The notes beneath the pieces were generated by a model. It was given only the letters and a program-made list of their open reading frames with translations. It searched no databases and was not told the DNA's origin. The position numbers were made by a program, and so were the translations under genes. Positions 9,370-18,178 of a DNA stretch of 64,000 nt are shown piece after piece (the first letter of the stretch is position 1; each line of letters starts with the position of its first letter). The stretch comes from a virus. The DNA is taken from IMG/VR virus record IMGVR_UViG_3300045988_088815, positions 32,001 to 96,000 of that record. One strand, written 5' to 3'.

Positions 9370-10665
9370 ATGTCTTACAATAGTGATAGTGGAATTATTA
9401 GTGCTCCTGTTAGCATTGATGATGTTAAACAAGCTCTTGGAGAGAGTAGCAATGACCTTGCTACTCTTTGTAAGAGTGAAAATATAAATATATGGAGTAA
9501 GTATAAACCTATTAGTTGTAAAGGTGAATTTAAAGAATATCCTATTAGAGAAGACTCTGATGAAATAGTAACATCTTCATATAATAAATATATTTGTGTT
9601 GTTCGTTGTGGTATGAATATACCTATGGATACTTATAAGAACTTACGTTATAATTATGGTGGAGAAGGTTTTGCTATTGAAGCATGTAAAGAACTTTATA
9701 TCGATAATGTATATGGAGTTAGAGGTATTGATAAAGATGCAAGTACTAATTCGCATACTGTATATGCTTCAGGAAAACATTTTCCAAAAGGTGGTGCTAA
9801 TTCTCCTTATAGATTAGGTGATTTTAGAAACTATAATAGCAAAGCAATAAGTAATATGTTCCAATCTTCTATTCCTACATTATTTAATGTTGAAGTTTAT
9901 TATTCTTCAACTCCTAAATTTAATTGTGTTCTATATAAGAATACAAATGTGGATGATAATACAAATGTTACTATGGAAGATATAATTACCGATTTGTATT
10001 TAGCTTGGTCTTTTTGGATTCAAATTTGTTATGATTCACCATATAATAATACTGATAAGATTTATAAAAATTATTATGTTGGTAATTGCGAAAAACCAAC
10101 AGATTTTATATATGCAAGTAGAGAAATAACTTTTGATGTAGGTAATGATAAAGATGTTACTATTGTACCTTTTTTAGCATATACTCGTAATGCAACTTTA
10201 TATGATAATACAAAAATAATTTTTATATCTCCTCCGGGTGCTATTAGTTTTAAATATTATCCTAGACAAATTAATATGGAAAGTATTAAAAGTGGTTCTA
10301 GTGGTTTTGTTGATTTCTCATCGTTGAGAGAATTAGTTGGTGCTACTTGTATTTGTAAAGCTAAAATATATAAACTTCCTGATGCTACATTTACAGTTAG
10401 TGATGGTACATTTAGAAGTGTTTGTAAGTATGGTAATAATAAGACAACATACGGAAGAGGTTATGTATCTAATAGCTCTGGTCAAGATACAGGCTCTGTA
10501 ACTATTCCCGAAGGTGATAGAACAGATTATATTGAAGTATATATAAGATTTGATAATGTTTATGAAGGAGGGTATTATGGACAAATGTGTCAATTATCTT
10601 TTGAAATTAATATAGATGGTGGATGGAAACAAGTTCCTCCAGGAGGTAGTTATATTATGTATTAA
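9370..10665 (+). CDS. hypothetical AT-rich protein, possible second receptor-binding or fibre-accessory protein
   Basis: 431-aa ORF from the first ATG (the track start 9346 is TTG). Codon usage is strongly A/T-ending, like fibre segment 6590-8490. Confidence 0.6.
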   Translation: MSYNSDSGIISAPVSIDDVKQALGESSNDLATLCKSENINIWSKYKPISCKGEFKEYPIREDSDEIVTSSYNKYICVVRCGMNIPMDTYKNLRYNYGGEGFAIEACKELYIDNVYGVRGIDKDASTNSHTVYASGKHFPKGGANSPYRLGDFRNYNSKAISNMFQSSIPTLFNVEVYYSSTPKFNCVLYKNTNVDDNTNVTMEDIITDLYLAWSFWIQICYDSPYNNTDKIYKNYYVGNCEKPTDFIYASREITFDVGNDKDVTIVPFLAYTRNATLYDNTKIIFISPPGAISFKYYPRQINMESIKSGSSGFVDFSSLRELVGATCICKAKIYKLPDATFTVSDGTFRSVCKYGNNKTTYGRGYVSNSSGQDTGSVTIPEGDRTDYIEVYIRFDNVYEGGYYGQMCQLSFEINIDGGWKQVPPGGSYIMY

Positions 10666-10831
10666 AACGTAGATGTTCTTAATATAATAAATGTGCTAGA
10701 AATGTATTTGTGGTTTACGTTCTCACCGAGAAAGCAGACACGTTGCGACCTAGTGATTATCCAACATGGGGAAGTTAATTTTAAATTCGTAAATTTTGCT
10801 CCTCCTGCATTGCTATTCGGAATTATTTTCT

Positions 10832-10839
10832 TAACTTTG
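10832..10839 (+). promoter_or_regulatory. -7 promoter box TAACTTTG
   Basis: TAnnTTTG match upstream of 10917. Confidence 0.4.
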
Positions 10840-10916
10840 CACTGTTAACAGGAAAGGTATTCTGCTATGGCAATCTGGCGAAGAATATTGTATAACATAA
10901 AAATAAAGAAACAATT

Positions 10917-11381
10917 ATGAAAAAGATTAAGACAATCGAGGCTGTTGCAGCCTACAGAACATTGAAGGCATTGAAGACATCATCAATGAGTGATGATGCC
11001 GCTATGCGAGTTTGGAAGAATATGAAGGCTCTGCGCCACGTAGCCGATACCTACGACAAGGATGTGGAGGAAGCACAGGAGAGCTTGAAGGACGATAAGT
11101 TTGAGGAGATGCAGCTCAAGCTTCAGGAGTGCCAGCAGTTGGAGCAGAAGCACGCCAATGAGGGCTACGAATACACCAAGGACGATTCAGCCAAGTTCGC
11201 TGAGGTCAATGAGTACTTCTTCAATCAGAAGCAGAAGACAGAGAAGTATTTCAAGGAACTTGCCGACAAGGAGGTAGAGGTAGCCATCGAGGAAGTTGAA
11301 GAGAAAGAGATTTTCAAGGCTGCTAAGGATTGCGGCTTGAAGTTCGCTGATATGGAGAGCCTTGAGGTTGTGATAGGATAA
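10917..11381 (+). CDS. acidic coiled-coil protein
   Basis: 154-aa ORF, E/D/K rich, followed by a strong terminator. Confidence 0.6.
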   Translation: MKKIKTIEAVAAYRTLKALKTSSMSDDAAMRVWKNMKALRHVADTYDKDVEEAQESLKDDKFEEMQLKLQECQQLEQKHANEGYEYTKDDSAKFAEVNEYFFNQKQKTEKYFKELADKEVEVAIEEVEEKEIFKAAKDCGLKFADMESLEVVIG

Positions 11382-11387
11382 ACACTG

Positions 11388-11431
11388 ATAGCGTTAGAAT
11401 TTGGTAAGGAAACCGTTCTAACGCTATTTTT
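11388..11431 (+). terminator. intrinsic terminator
   Basis: 12-bp stem ATAGCGTTAGAA / TTCTAACGCTAT followed by TTTT. Confidence 0.8.
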
Positions 11432-11599
11432 GCAGCCGTCTACTTTCAGATTGTTACTTTAGCAAAGTTTAACTTTAAATTTTTGCTCAAAATAAATATT
11501 TTTGTGCAGTATTGTTTATTTTTGCAGCACTTTCCTTATTATTAAGAATGAGGAACTAAGAATAAATAATAAACAAAAAAAACAAAAGGAGAAGAATTT

Positions 11600-12151
11600 A
11601 TGACTAAAGAGGAAGAAGATGAAGTCCATCGGTTAGTTCAATCAGTCGGTGTTGTACAGTTGTCAAGAGTAATGTTTAAGGACATGGACGTTAGCGAAAT
11701 GATAAACGTCATTATCCTTGCAGGTAGAGGCTACAGCGTAAAGCTACTCACTTGGTTTAAGTATTATTGTGAAGTGATGCCTCTGTTTATCATGCTTTTT
11801 CATATTGCATGCATGGTAACATTTGCGTCTCATGAAAAAGAAATGTGCGTATGGTTTAAGGAGAATTGGGTATCGGCAGCATTTATCTATTTCTCAGTTT
11901 ACATCCATCCGCTTGTGCTTATACTTGCTAGCAGATTCTTTTGGCTCTGCTACAGATGGCGTATTCCGATGATAATCTACCTATTTGGGATAAATGCTAT
12001 CCATATTGTATACTGGAATGTTTTTACCACCAACGAAATGGTGGAATCTAATGTTGTAATACTTGTAATGACCATTATATTTTATGTATATGGTTTTGCC
12101 GATAAGTATTACTCAGGCAAGGGCTGTCAAAGTTTAATCTCTAGATTATAA
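11600..12151 (+). CDS. integral membrane protein
   Basis: Several hydrophobic helices (MPLFIMLFHIACMVTFA, AAFIYFSVYIHPLVLILA, MIIYLFGINAIHIVYW, VVILVMTIIFYVYGF). Confidence 0.6.
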   Translation: MTKEEEDEVHRLVQSVGVVQLSRVMFKDMDVSEMINVIILAGRGYSVKLLTWFKYYCEVMPLFIMLFHIACMVTFASHEKEMCVWFKENWVSAAFIYFSVYIHPLVLILASRFFWLCYRWRIPMIIYLFGINAIHIVYWNVFTTNEMVESNVVILVMTIIFYVYGFADKYYSGKGCQSLISRL

Positions 12152-12155
12152 TGAT

Positions 12156-12497
12156 ATGGGAAAGTTATTTGGTTATCACACCTTGGGAGTGTTATTAAAA
12201 TCGTTGTCTGACTCTTGCTTTCGAGCAGACGAGCAAGAGAAGAGAGGGGAGAAGGTAACTGCTTGCGGAATGAGCAGCGATGAGATAGAAGACCTTTGTG
12301 AGAACTATCTGCCGTATGCTCTCAACCCTATGTTGAGCACCGAGGAGGTCAAGGAGAAGCTTCACGTTTCTGATGCAACATTGAATAGAATGGTTGCTAG
12401 AGGTGACATTCCGAACGGAGAATGCAAAAAGCGAGGGCACACCCGATATTTTAAGAAGTGGGATATACTGCACTTCATTAAGAGTAAGAGAAAATAA
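12156..12497 (+). CDS. excisionase/MerR-type helix-turn-helix protein
   Basis: C-terminal LHVSDATLNRMVARGDIP...YFKKWDILHFI resembles HTH_17/Xis-like DNA-binding domains. Confidence 0.5.
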   Translation: MGKLFGYHTLGVLLKSLSDSCFRADEQEKRGEKVTACGMSSDEIEDLCENYLPYALNPMLSTEEVKEKLHVSDATLNRMVARGDIPNGECKKRGHTRYFKKWDILHFIKSKRK

Positions 12498-12532
12498 TAG
12501 TTGAACATGTAAGTATTCCTTACAAGTTGAGT

Positions 12533-12562
12533 AAGAGAGGTAAGTGGTTACCTCTCTTTTTT
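12533..12562 (+). terminator. intrinsic terminator
   Basis: AAGAGAGGTAA-GTGG-TTACCTCTCTT followed by TTTT. Confidence 0.8.
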
Positions 12563-12576
12563 GTTTCAGTTTGCGT

Positions 12577-12624
12577 GAGTGACTGTTGCAAAAATTGCAA
12601 CAGTCACTCTGACTTCCTTTTTTT
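12577..12624 (+). terminator. second hairpin (15-bp perfect palindrome) plus T-run between convergent genes
   Basis: GAGTGACTGTTGCAA-AAA-TTGCAACAGTCACTC, then TTTTTTTT at 12617-12624. Confidence 0.6.
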
Positions 12625-12629
12625 TGTTT

Positions 12630-13139
12630 TTACATTTTCAAAAAGTCTTCTATATCTATGTACTCAATACCGAAATTCTCCGCACATTGTTTGTCGGAGT
12701 CCGAGAAGTCACCTTCTTTTCCGCTAGCATCACCTATCATTATCAGCTCACTTTTCTTCCAAGAAGAATACGACTCAAGCATTCCTGTATTTGGCTTTCT
12801 CATTTCTATCTCTGCATGCGATGGGCAATACATAGAGTTGACGAAGATATTTCGTCCGGTATGATTGCGAAGATATTTTTGCATAAAGCTTTCAATAGCC
12901 TTAATCTTGCCGATAAAATCCTGTTCGTCAACAAATTGAGGGATGCCTCCTTGGTTTGAGACTATTTCAACATAGTAAAGAGTAGGGAATGCATCTACAA
13001 TCTTATCCAAAACCTCTTTACGGATTTTGAAATCTGTTACATCTGTAGGAAAGGTGTTTCCTGATATAGTTGTAATAATCGTGTCGTCTAAATCAATGAA
13101 TAATACTTTTTTCTTGATTAAATATCCTTTTTCTGTCAT
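12630..13139 (-). CDS. HAD-superfamily phosphatase, polynucleotide 3'-phosphatase / GmhB-like
   Basis: DxDxT motif (FIDLDDTII), SNQGG, RKPNTGML and a GDxxxD-like IGDASGKEGD motif. Confidence 0.7.
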   Translation of the reverse strand: MTEKGYLIKKKVLFIDLDDTIITTISGNTFPTDVTDFKIRKEVLDKIVDAFPTLYYVEIVSNQGGIPQFVDEQDFIGKIKAIESFMQKYLRNHTGRNIFVNSMYCPSHAEIEMRKPNTGMLESYSSWKKSELIMIGDASGKEGDFSDSDKQCAENFGIEYIDIEDFLKM

Positions 13140-13205
13140 AATTTTGCTTTTTTTCTATATTGATATATTAATATCTTTATCTACGAAAATTAAGTTTGTA
13201 AAACA

Positions 13206-13251
13206 CAGTTGTTTCGGTGTGTCTCACCATTTTTATTACAATGCAAAGATA
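13206..13251 (-). promoter_or_regulatory. promoter (-7 TATCTTTG) plus conserved leader motif, copy G
   Basis: The minus strand reads TATCTTTGCATTGTAATAAAAATGGTGAGACACACCGAAACAACTG. Confidence 0.6.
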
Positions 13252-13299
13252 CGACAAAAAAGATGGCTTTGCAAATAAATTAATGCAAATTTTAAAACG

Positions 13300-13644
13300 T
13301 TATCTGTTTTTAATGAAATCATTAACAATTCTCTCTATGGTGTCTTGCTTGATAGCTATAGGGGCATCACCTTGATATTCTATCACTTGGTTGCCGCATT
13401 CCTTCCAAAATAGGTTACTATTGATGCGTTCGCCATCTACCAAGATCCAATCCGGATGATGTTCAAACGAATGCATATTAGTTAGCGGAACGAGAATGAA
13501 TAATTTATTCTCCATCTTGTTTACGAGTACCGACAAGTCATTATCATCAAATGTAATGATAACTCGATTTTCATTCTCAGATAGAACGTTAAAATCCTCA
13601 TTAAAACGTTCATAAAGGTAATTTTTGATTTTCGAACAACTCAT
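13300..13644 (-). CDS. hypothetical protein, paralog of 47632-47928
   Basis: 114-aa ORF. ILVPLTNMHSFE...ILVDGERINSNLFWKE matches LLIPLTRNHKFE...IIVDGKRFDSDIFFRK. Confidence 0.6.
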   Translation of the reverse strand: MSCSKIKNYLYERFNEDFNVLSENENRVIITFDDNDLSVLVNKMENKLFILVPLTNMHSFEHHPDWILVDGERINSNLFWKECGNQVIEYQGDAPIAIKQDTIERIVNDFIKNR

Positions 13645-13720
13645 ATTCTTGTAATTTTATAGGAGGGCAGATGGAAAAATCCAAGGTCTGCCCACCAAGT
13701 TAAACTTATAAGGAAATCTT

Positions 13721-14089
13721 CTATAATATCGACTGACAGAGCCATCCCATAAGATAGCATGGTTCTTCGCCTTGCATATCTATTCCCAGATGGTTGCATA
13801 TATGTGCTACTACATGAAACATTTCATGTGTGAGACTATTTATATACTCACCTTCAGAAGTAGATTTGCAAATGAGCACAACACTTGTTTTCTTTGAAAC
13901 ATTTGTGTATGTCAATCCTTTGTTTGAAGAATCGGTTGAAATGTGGTCGTATGCATCCAATAATGGTTGCCCCTTACAATCAATGGAACTTAGTAAGTCC
14001 ATAGCTTCGTCAACATCTTCTTGATTAGCTACATGACATACAATCACATTCCAATCGTATTTCTCCAAGTAAATTTCTTGTTTAATCAT
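13721..14089 (-). CDS. small HExxH protein, putative Zn-metallopeptidase
   Basis: LTHEMFHVVAH motif; stop/start overlap with the next gene. Confidence 0.45.
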   Translation of the reverse strand: MIKQEIYLEKYDWNVIVCHVANQEDVDEAMDLLSSIDCKGQPLLDAYDHISTDSSNKGLTYTNVSKKTSVVLICKSTSEGEYINSLTHEMFHVVAHICNHLGIDMQGEEPCYLMGWLCQSIL

Positions 14090-14514
14090 AATACATCATC
14101 CCATGGAATGCCGATACCATTATGGTTGCAATCGGCATAAAATCTATTGAAAATAAATCCGTCCGCTTGGTCTGGGTCATCCACCATATCCTTAATGAAT
14201 TGAGCCAAAGCAGCTTCGTCCTTTAAAGAGGACTTAAAGAAATCGGCTCTAGCCATGTTTGCGACATAGACGAAATCGTAATTGTCGGCATTCTCCAACT
14301 TTACGTTATTGACTTTAAGAAGTTCCTCGACTGTATCTTTTTCTGTCGGTTCAACTTTTTCGAGCTTACCAGTCGTTGCGTTTGTCTTGCGCATTAAGGT
14401 AATAGCCCAATCGCACATCTTTTTATTGAAGTGCCAGCCATTGTAGCGAAGGTATGCAATCATCCCTTCAGGCTTCATATCGTATGCGTCAAGTGGTATT
14501 TTGTATCTTCCCAT
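14086..14514 (-). CDS. hypothetical protein
   Basis: 142-aa ORF in the packed minus-strand block. Confidence 0.55.
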   Translation of the reverse strand: MGRYKIPLDAYDMKPEGMIAYLRYNGWHFNKKMCDWAITLMRKTNATTGKLEKVEPTEKDTVEELLKVNNVKLENADNYDFVYVANMARADFFKSSLKDEAALAQFIKDMVDDPDQADGFIFNRFYADCNHNGIGIPWDDVL

Positions 14515-14566
14515 AATAAAAGCTTTTAAAGGAGGTGGAGATTTCTCCCCACCTCAAAGTGTAATA

Positions 14567-14803
14567 CTAATAGCGATAACCGCCACCTCTGCGACCACCA
14601 TGTCTTTCACCATAGCGGTCATCATCGTCATCCCAATTGTCTCGGTAATCCGGCATTGGGTTTCTGTGACCCATTCGTCCATACTTGTCATCCCCCATTT
14701 CATCAATGCAGTGCATGAGTTTACCACCATACTTAAGCATCTTCTCTACAAGTTCTGACATTTCATTTACCTTGTTTTCGGTAATTTCTATCATGTATCC
14801 CAT
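14567..14803 (-). CDS. hypothetical protein with D-rich / RGG-like tail
   Basis: 78-aa ORF ending DDDDDRYGERHGGRRGGGYRY. Confidence 0.5.
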   Translation of the reverse strand: MGYMIEITENKVNEMSELVEKMLKYGGKLMHCIDEMGDDKYGRMGHRNPMPDYRDNWDDDDDRYGERHGGRRGGGYRY

Positions 14804-14809
14804 AATGAT

Positions 14810-15328
14810 TTACTTTTTTGTATTAACTTTTTCCAAAGCCACTGACAACATAGACTTAATATCGGTCAAAGTTCCCTTCATTCCGCTAACCTCGCTTTTG
14901 AGGTTATTGATGTCTTCTTCCTGTTGTCTGTCTTTGGCTATTTGTGGATTCAATACGGCACGCATCTTTGCGCACTCTTCCATAACCTTTTTGTGGTATG
15001 GCTCGCTTTCCACAATCTCCTTAGAATGCCGATACATAGCCTCAACTTCCGCATCCATAGCTTCACGGCTTTCAGAAACCACGAGGTTTTCCGAATTTGC
15101 AATTTGCATATTGGATGGGAGTTGTTTGAACTCCATTTGTTCATTAGGCAATTTTACGACAACATCAACGGTAGTCTCCATTGGTTGTGGGTTGAATTGC
15201 CCAGGAGTATATGTTGGGAACTTAGGTTGTGGGTTACTGACCGATACAACCTGTCCGATTTTAAGACTTGGGTTTTCACCCTTGTCAAGCACATAGAATA
15301 TGCTGTTAGGTCGAAGTCCTTGAAACAT
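14810..15328 (-). CDS. hypothetical protein
   Basis: 172-aa ORF in the packed minus-strand block. Confidence 0.55.
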   Translation of the reverse strand: MFQGLRPNSIFYVLDKGENPSLKIGQVVSVSNPQPKFPTYTPGQFNPQPMETTVDVVVKLPNEQMEFKQLPSNMQIANSENLVVSESREAMDAEVEAMYRHSKEIVESEPYHKKVMEECAKMRAVLNPQIAKDRQQEEDINNLKSEVSGMKGTLTDIKSMLSVALEKVNTKK

Positions 15329-15347
15329 AGCTTTGTAATGTTAATTG

Positions 15348-15692
15348 TTAAACAATACCCGTCATTAGCTGAAGGGTGTTAGTATCTCGCTCGAACCAAA
15401 ACTGATAAACTCCAGTTCCTGCAATGTCGGCTACCGTCAAAGGATTGCCGTTGAACTTAGTTACAGCTTGGGTTACGCCATTGGTCTCGAAAAGGATTGG
15501 CAGCGTATTTGTCGTACCAGTCGGAATAGCTTGATATAGGTTCACAAAGATAGTTCCCCTATAGTTAGCATTCACGAAGGCGTGGTTTCTGAACGAGAAA
15601 ACGACATTTTCGGTGTTCACCACCACGCCTGTAGATGCGATAGCTGCCGAGCCGTTACGATTAACCCATGCAAAAGGTCTCATCCATAACAT
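15348..15692 (-). CDS. hypothetical beta-rich protein
   Basis: 114-aa ORF in the packed minus-strand block. Confidence 0.55.
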   Translation of the reverse strand: MLWMRPFAWVNRNGSAAIASTGVVVNTENVVFSFRNHAFVNANYRGTIFVNLYQAIPTGTTNTLPILFETNGVTQAVTKFNGNPLTVADIAGTGVYQFWFERDTNTLQLMTGIV

Positions 15693-15710
15693 AGCAGCCT
15701 CCTTTCCTAA

Positions 15711-16697
15711 TTAACCCCAAAAGCTTGCATTGTTGACACCATTCAGACCATATAAGCCTGTTTGCCAAGCAACGCAATTTGGAACAGCAGTAAATGGACT
15801 GTAGCTGGTTGTAACAGTTGATGGAAGCTTACACTTGATACCATCTACCTCTTTTTGCAAGCCAGCCAACATAGCGTTGACAGGTGCCATAGCTTGACCT
15901 ACAATCTGCGAAGTCATGGCAGAAGACTTATAAGTTCCATTCTCTTCACGAAGATGGTCTATCTTGTCCTGCATATCTCTGAGTTCTGCTTGGCGTTGGC
16001 CATTAACTACGGTCTGAGTACTATCTTTAATAGCATTCAAAATGTCGCATGTCTGACCTTTAGTTTCGAAAGCAACATTAGAAAAACCTCGTTCCTGACT
16101 TACGGCTACATTGTTGATGGCATTCTGCAAAGTGCCAGTCTGCTGACACATAGCCAACTTGACGTTTCCGTCCATAGCCGTAATATTGTTATTTACACGG
16201 CAGCAGCAGTCAGCGAGTTGTGATGCAATCTGCATGTTACCTTGCTGAAGAGCGTTGATGGTTTGCATTCCGCTCATACCTACTTGGTTGCCCACGTTCT
16301 GGACTTGGGTTGTCAAGGCAGAGATTGCTTGTTGAATCTGTCCTTCAGTACAATTGAGCTGAGTAGCGAGATTACTGAGTGCATTACGATTGCCACCGAT
16401 AGCATCCATAAGCAAGGAACGACCATAGTCATTGTTGATTTCATTGGCAAGACCTGCGCCATTGCCACGGCCACCAAAGCCGAAACCATTACCGCCCCAA
16501 CCACAGAAGCAAAGGATAAAGAGCAGCCAAATGAACCAAGAACCATCGCCATTGCCGAATCCGTTATTACCCTTCATCGCAAGAAGAACGTTTGGGTCAA
16601 CGCCTCTCTGTTGGAGCAAAGGAGCTATCAAGCTCATCATTCCTCCATTGTTACCTGAACCCTCTGGATTAAAAACATAAGTTTTTGATGTCTCCAT
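15711..16697 (-). CDS. Gly/Gln/Asn-rich membrane-anchored protein
   Basis: 328 aa. A TM helix (WFIWLLFILCFCGW) is flanked by GNGFGNGDG and GGNGFGFGGRGNGAG; the Q/N-rich region contains ADCCCRV. Confidence 0.6.
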   Translation of the reverse strand: METSKTYVFNPEGSGNNGGMMSLIAPLLQQRGVDPNVLLAMKGNNGFGNGDGSWFIWLLFILCFCGWGGNGFGFGGRGNGAGLANEINNDYGRSLLMDAIGGNRNALSNLATQLNCTEGQIQQAISALTTQVQNVGNQVGMSGMQTINALQQGNMQIASQLADCCCRVNNNITAMDGNVKLAMCQQTGTLQNAINNVAVSQERGFSNVAFETKGQTCDILNAIKDSTQTVVNGQRQAELRDMQDKIDHLREENGTYKSSAMTSQIVGQAMAPVNAMLAGLQKEVDGIKCKLPSTVTTSYSPFTAVPNCVAWQTGLYGLNGVNNASFWG

Positions 16698-16756
16698 AAG
16701 AATAATCTTTTTGTGTTAAACCTTAATTAAACTAACTCTATGTAACGTTACGGCTG

Positions 16757-16764
16757 CAAAGTTA
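16757..16764 (-). promoter_or_regulatory. -7 promoter box TAACTTTG for the 16697-13300 operon
   Basis: CAAAGTTA on the + strand, 60 nt upstream of the minus-strand start at 16697. Confidence 0.45.
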
Positions 16765-16927
16765 CGAATAATAAGGATAAGATAAAATAACTCTATCAAA
16801 CTTTCTTTTAATCACTAATAATCAAGTAGTTAAGGTGATAGGAGGTAATGTCATACTTCCGGATGCATGGAAATCAAAGGCTTGTTTGCAAATTCCGTTT
16901 GCAGAAAACGAAAAATGCAAACGGAAA

Positions 16928-17545
16928 TTAAGCACGCACAAACTTGAAACCAAATTTTTCAGTATAGTATTCCTCTTTAGGGTGTCTTTTTGTCTCGGAG
17001 TCATAGCAGAGAATAAACGGCTCACCCTTAGAGTAGAAATAGTTATAAGACTTTCGCAAATACATCTTTGCATTCAAAGCCTTTGGGGAGAGCTTTCTTA
17101 TTCTTAACCTAGTTTCTTGAGTCTTACCCGACAACACTCTAAGTTCATCCATTTTATATTGCATATGCAGCTTTCTTCCTTTACTAGCATACTTTTCTTT
17201 ATTCCAATAGCTTCTCAAAGACCTGTTACGCTCTTTACGAATCCTATTTATCGTTTCTACATCGTGTTTCAAGCCAAGCTTACTGACTTGTCCTAATATT
17301 GTAGACTGAGGAATATTCGTTACTTCTGAGATTTCTCTCGCTGTCATCGTTTGGTACATGTCGGAGATTTTGCGGATAGTCTCATTATTCAATTTATTGT
17401 CTATTTTCGTACCACCTAAAATAGTGATATACTTGTATAATGTATGTAAGGTTACACCAGCAGCCTTGGCTACTTCCTTTCGTGGGTAGTCATTGATGTG
17501 GACTTTGATATAGTCCATCTGTTCTTGTGTTAATCTTCTTGGCAT
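16928..17545 (-). CDS. dual helix-turn-helix DNA-binding protein (tandem paralog 1)
   Basis: Two HTH-like segments (EVAKAAGVTLHTLYKYI, REISEVTNIPQSTILGQVSKLGL). The C-terminus GEPFILCYD...KFGFKF is shared with the neighbour. Confidence 0.6.
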   Translation of the reverse strand: MPRRLTQEQMDYIKVHINDYPRKEVAKAAGVTLHTLYKYITILGGTKIDNKLNNETIRKISDMYQTMTAREISEVTNIPQSTILGQVSKLGLKHDVETINRIRKERNRSLRSYWNKEKYASKGRKLHMQYKMDELRVLSGKTQETRLRIRKLSPKALNAKMYLRKSYNYFYSKGEPFILCYDSETKRHPKEEYYTEKFGFKFVRA

Positions 17546-18171
17546 TCTTCGTCCTCCTCAAAAGAAAATCCGTATTTGTTCTTGTAGAATTCTTCATCCA
17601 TTCTGCGAGTATTCCGGTCATAACCTAAGATGTATGGTTCACCTTCAAACGCAAAATACCCATACTTATTTATAAGATGGTACTTGGCATGATATGATTT
17701 TATCGGCATTTCTGAAAATTTGAATTTCGTCTGCTGCGGAATACAGGATATAACTCGGAATTTCTCCATCTGCATAGTTCTTTGCCAGCTTTTCACCCTT
17801 TTGCCAATAGTTGCTTTATCATATGCTTTTTTTAAGTTAGCCAAACTATTCTTTTTAAGTCTTTCGATAGTTTCTTCAGAATGAGTAAGCTTTAGCCTTT
17901 TAGCTGCCTTGCCTACCGTAGACGGATGGCAGCCTACAATTACTGCAATCTCTCTGACCGAATGGTCAGGATATAGTTTCGTGATTTGTTCATCACGTTT
18001 CTTGTCGGGTTGCGGAACAGGTCTTTTATGTTCGATTTTACAATTGCAATCATGTAGAATCTTATACAAGAATTTCACGCTGACACCCATTCTTTGTGCC
18101 AACTTGTATCTTGGTCGTTCATTTATGTGCGCCTTAATAAAGTTTATTGTGTCTTGTTCTATAACTTTCAT
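17530..18171 (-). CDS. dual helix-turn-helix DNA-binding protein (tandem paralog 2)
   Basis: KLAQRMGVSVKFLYKIL and REIAVIVGCHPSTVGKAAKRLKL, with C-terminus GEPYILGYD...KYGFSF. Confidence 0.6.
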   Translation of the reverse strand: MKVIEQDTINFIKAHINERPRYKLAQRMGVSVKFLYKILHDCNCKIEHKRPVPQPDKKRDEQITKLYPDHSVREIAVIVGCHPSTVGKAAKRLKLTHSEETIERLKKNSLANLKKAYDKATIGKRVKSWQRTMQMEKFRVISCIPQQTKFKFSEMPIKSYHAKYHLINKYGYFAFEGEPYILGYDRNTRRMDEEFYKNKYGFSFEEDEECQED

Positions 18172-18178
18172 TTTTATT

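Noticed and set aside
12527-13278. + strand ORFs (12527-12727, 12579-12959, 12658-12864, 13027-13278) over the HAD phosphatase locus
   Set aside because: They are antisense to a gene with clear HAD motifs. One spans two terminator hairpins and the others are low-complexity shadow frames.
14501-16680. + strand ORFs across the minus-strand block (e.g. 14685-15296, 14924-15382, 15855-16223, 16242-16658)
   Set aside because: They are mutually overlapping shadow frames opposite a coherent, tightly spaced minus-strand operon.
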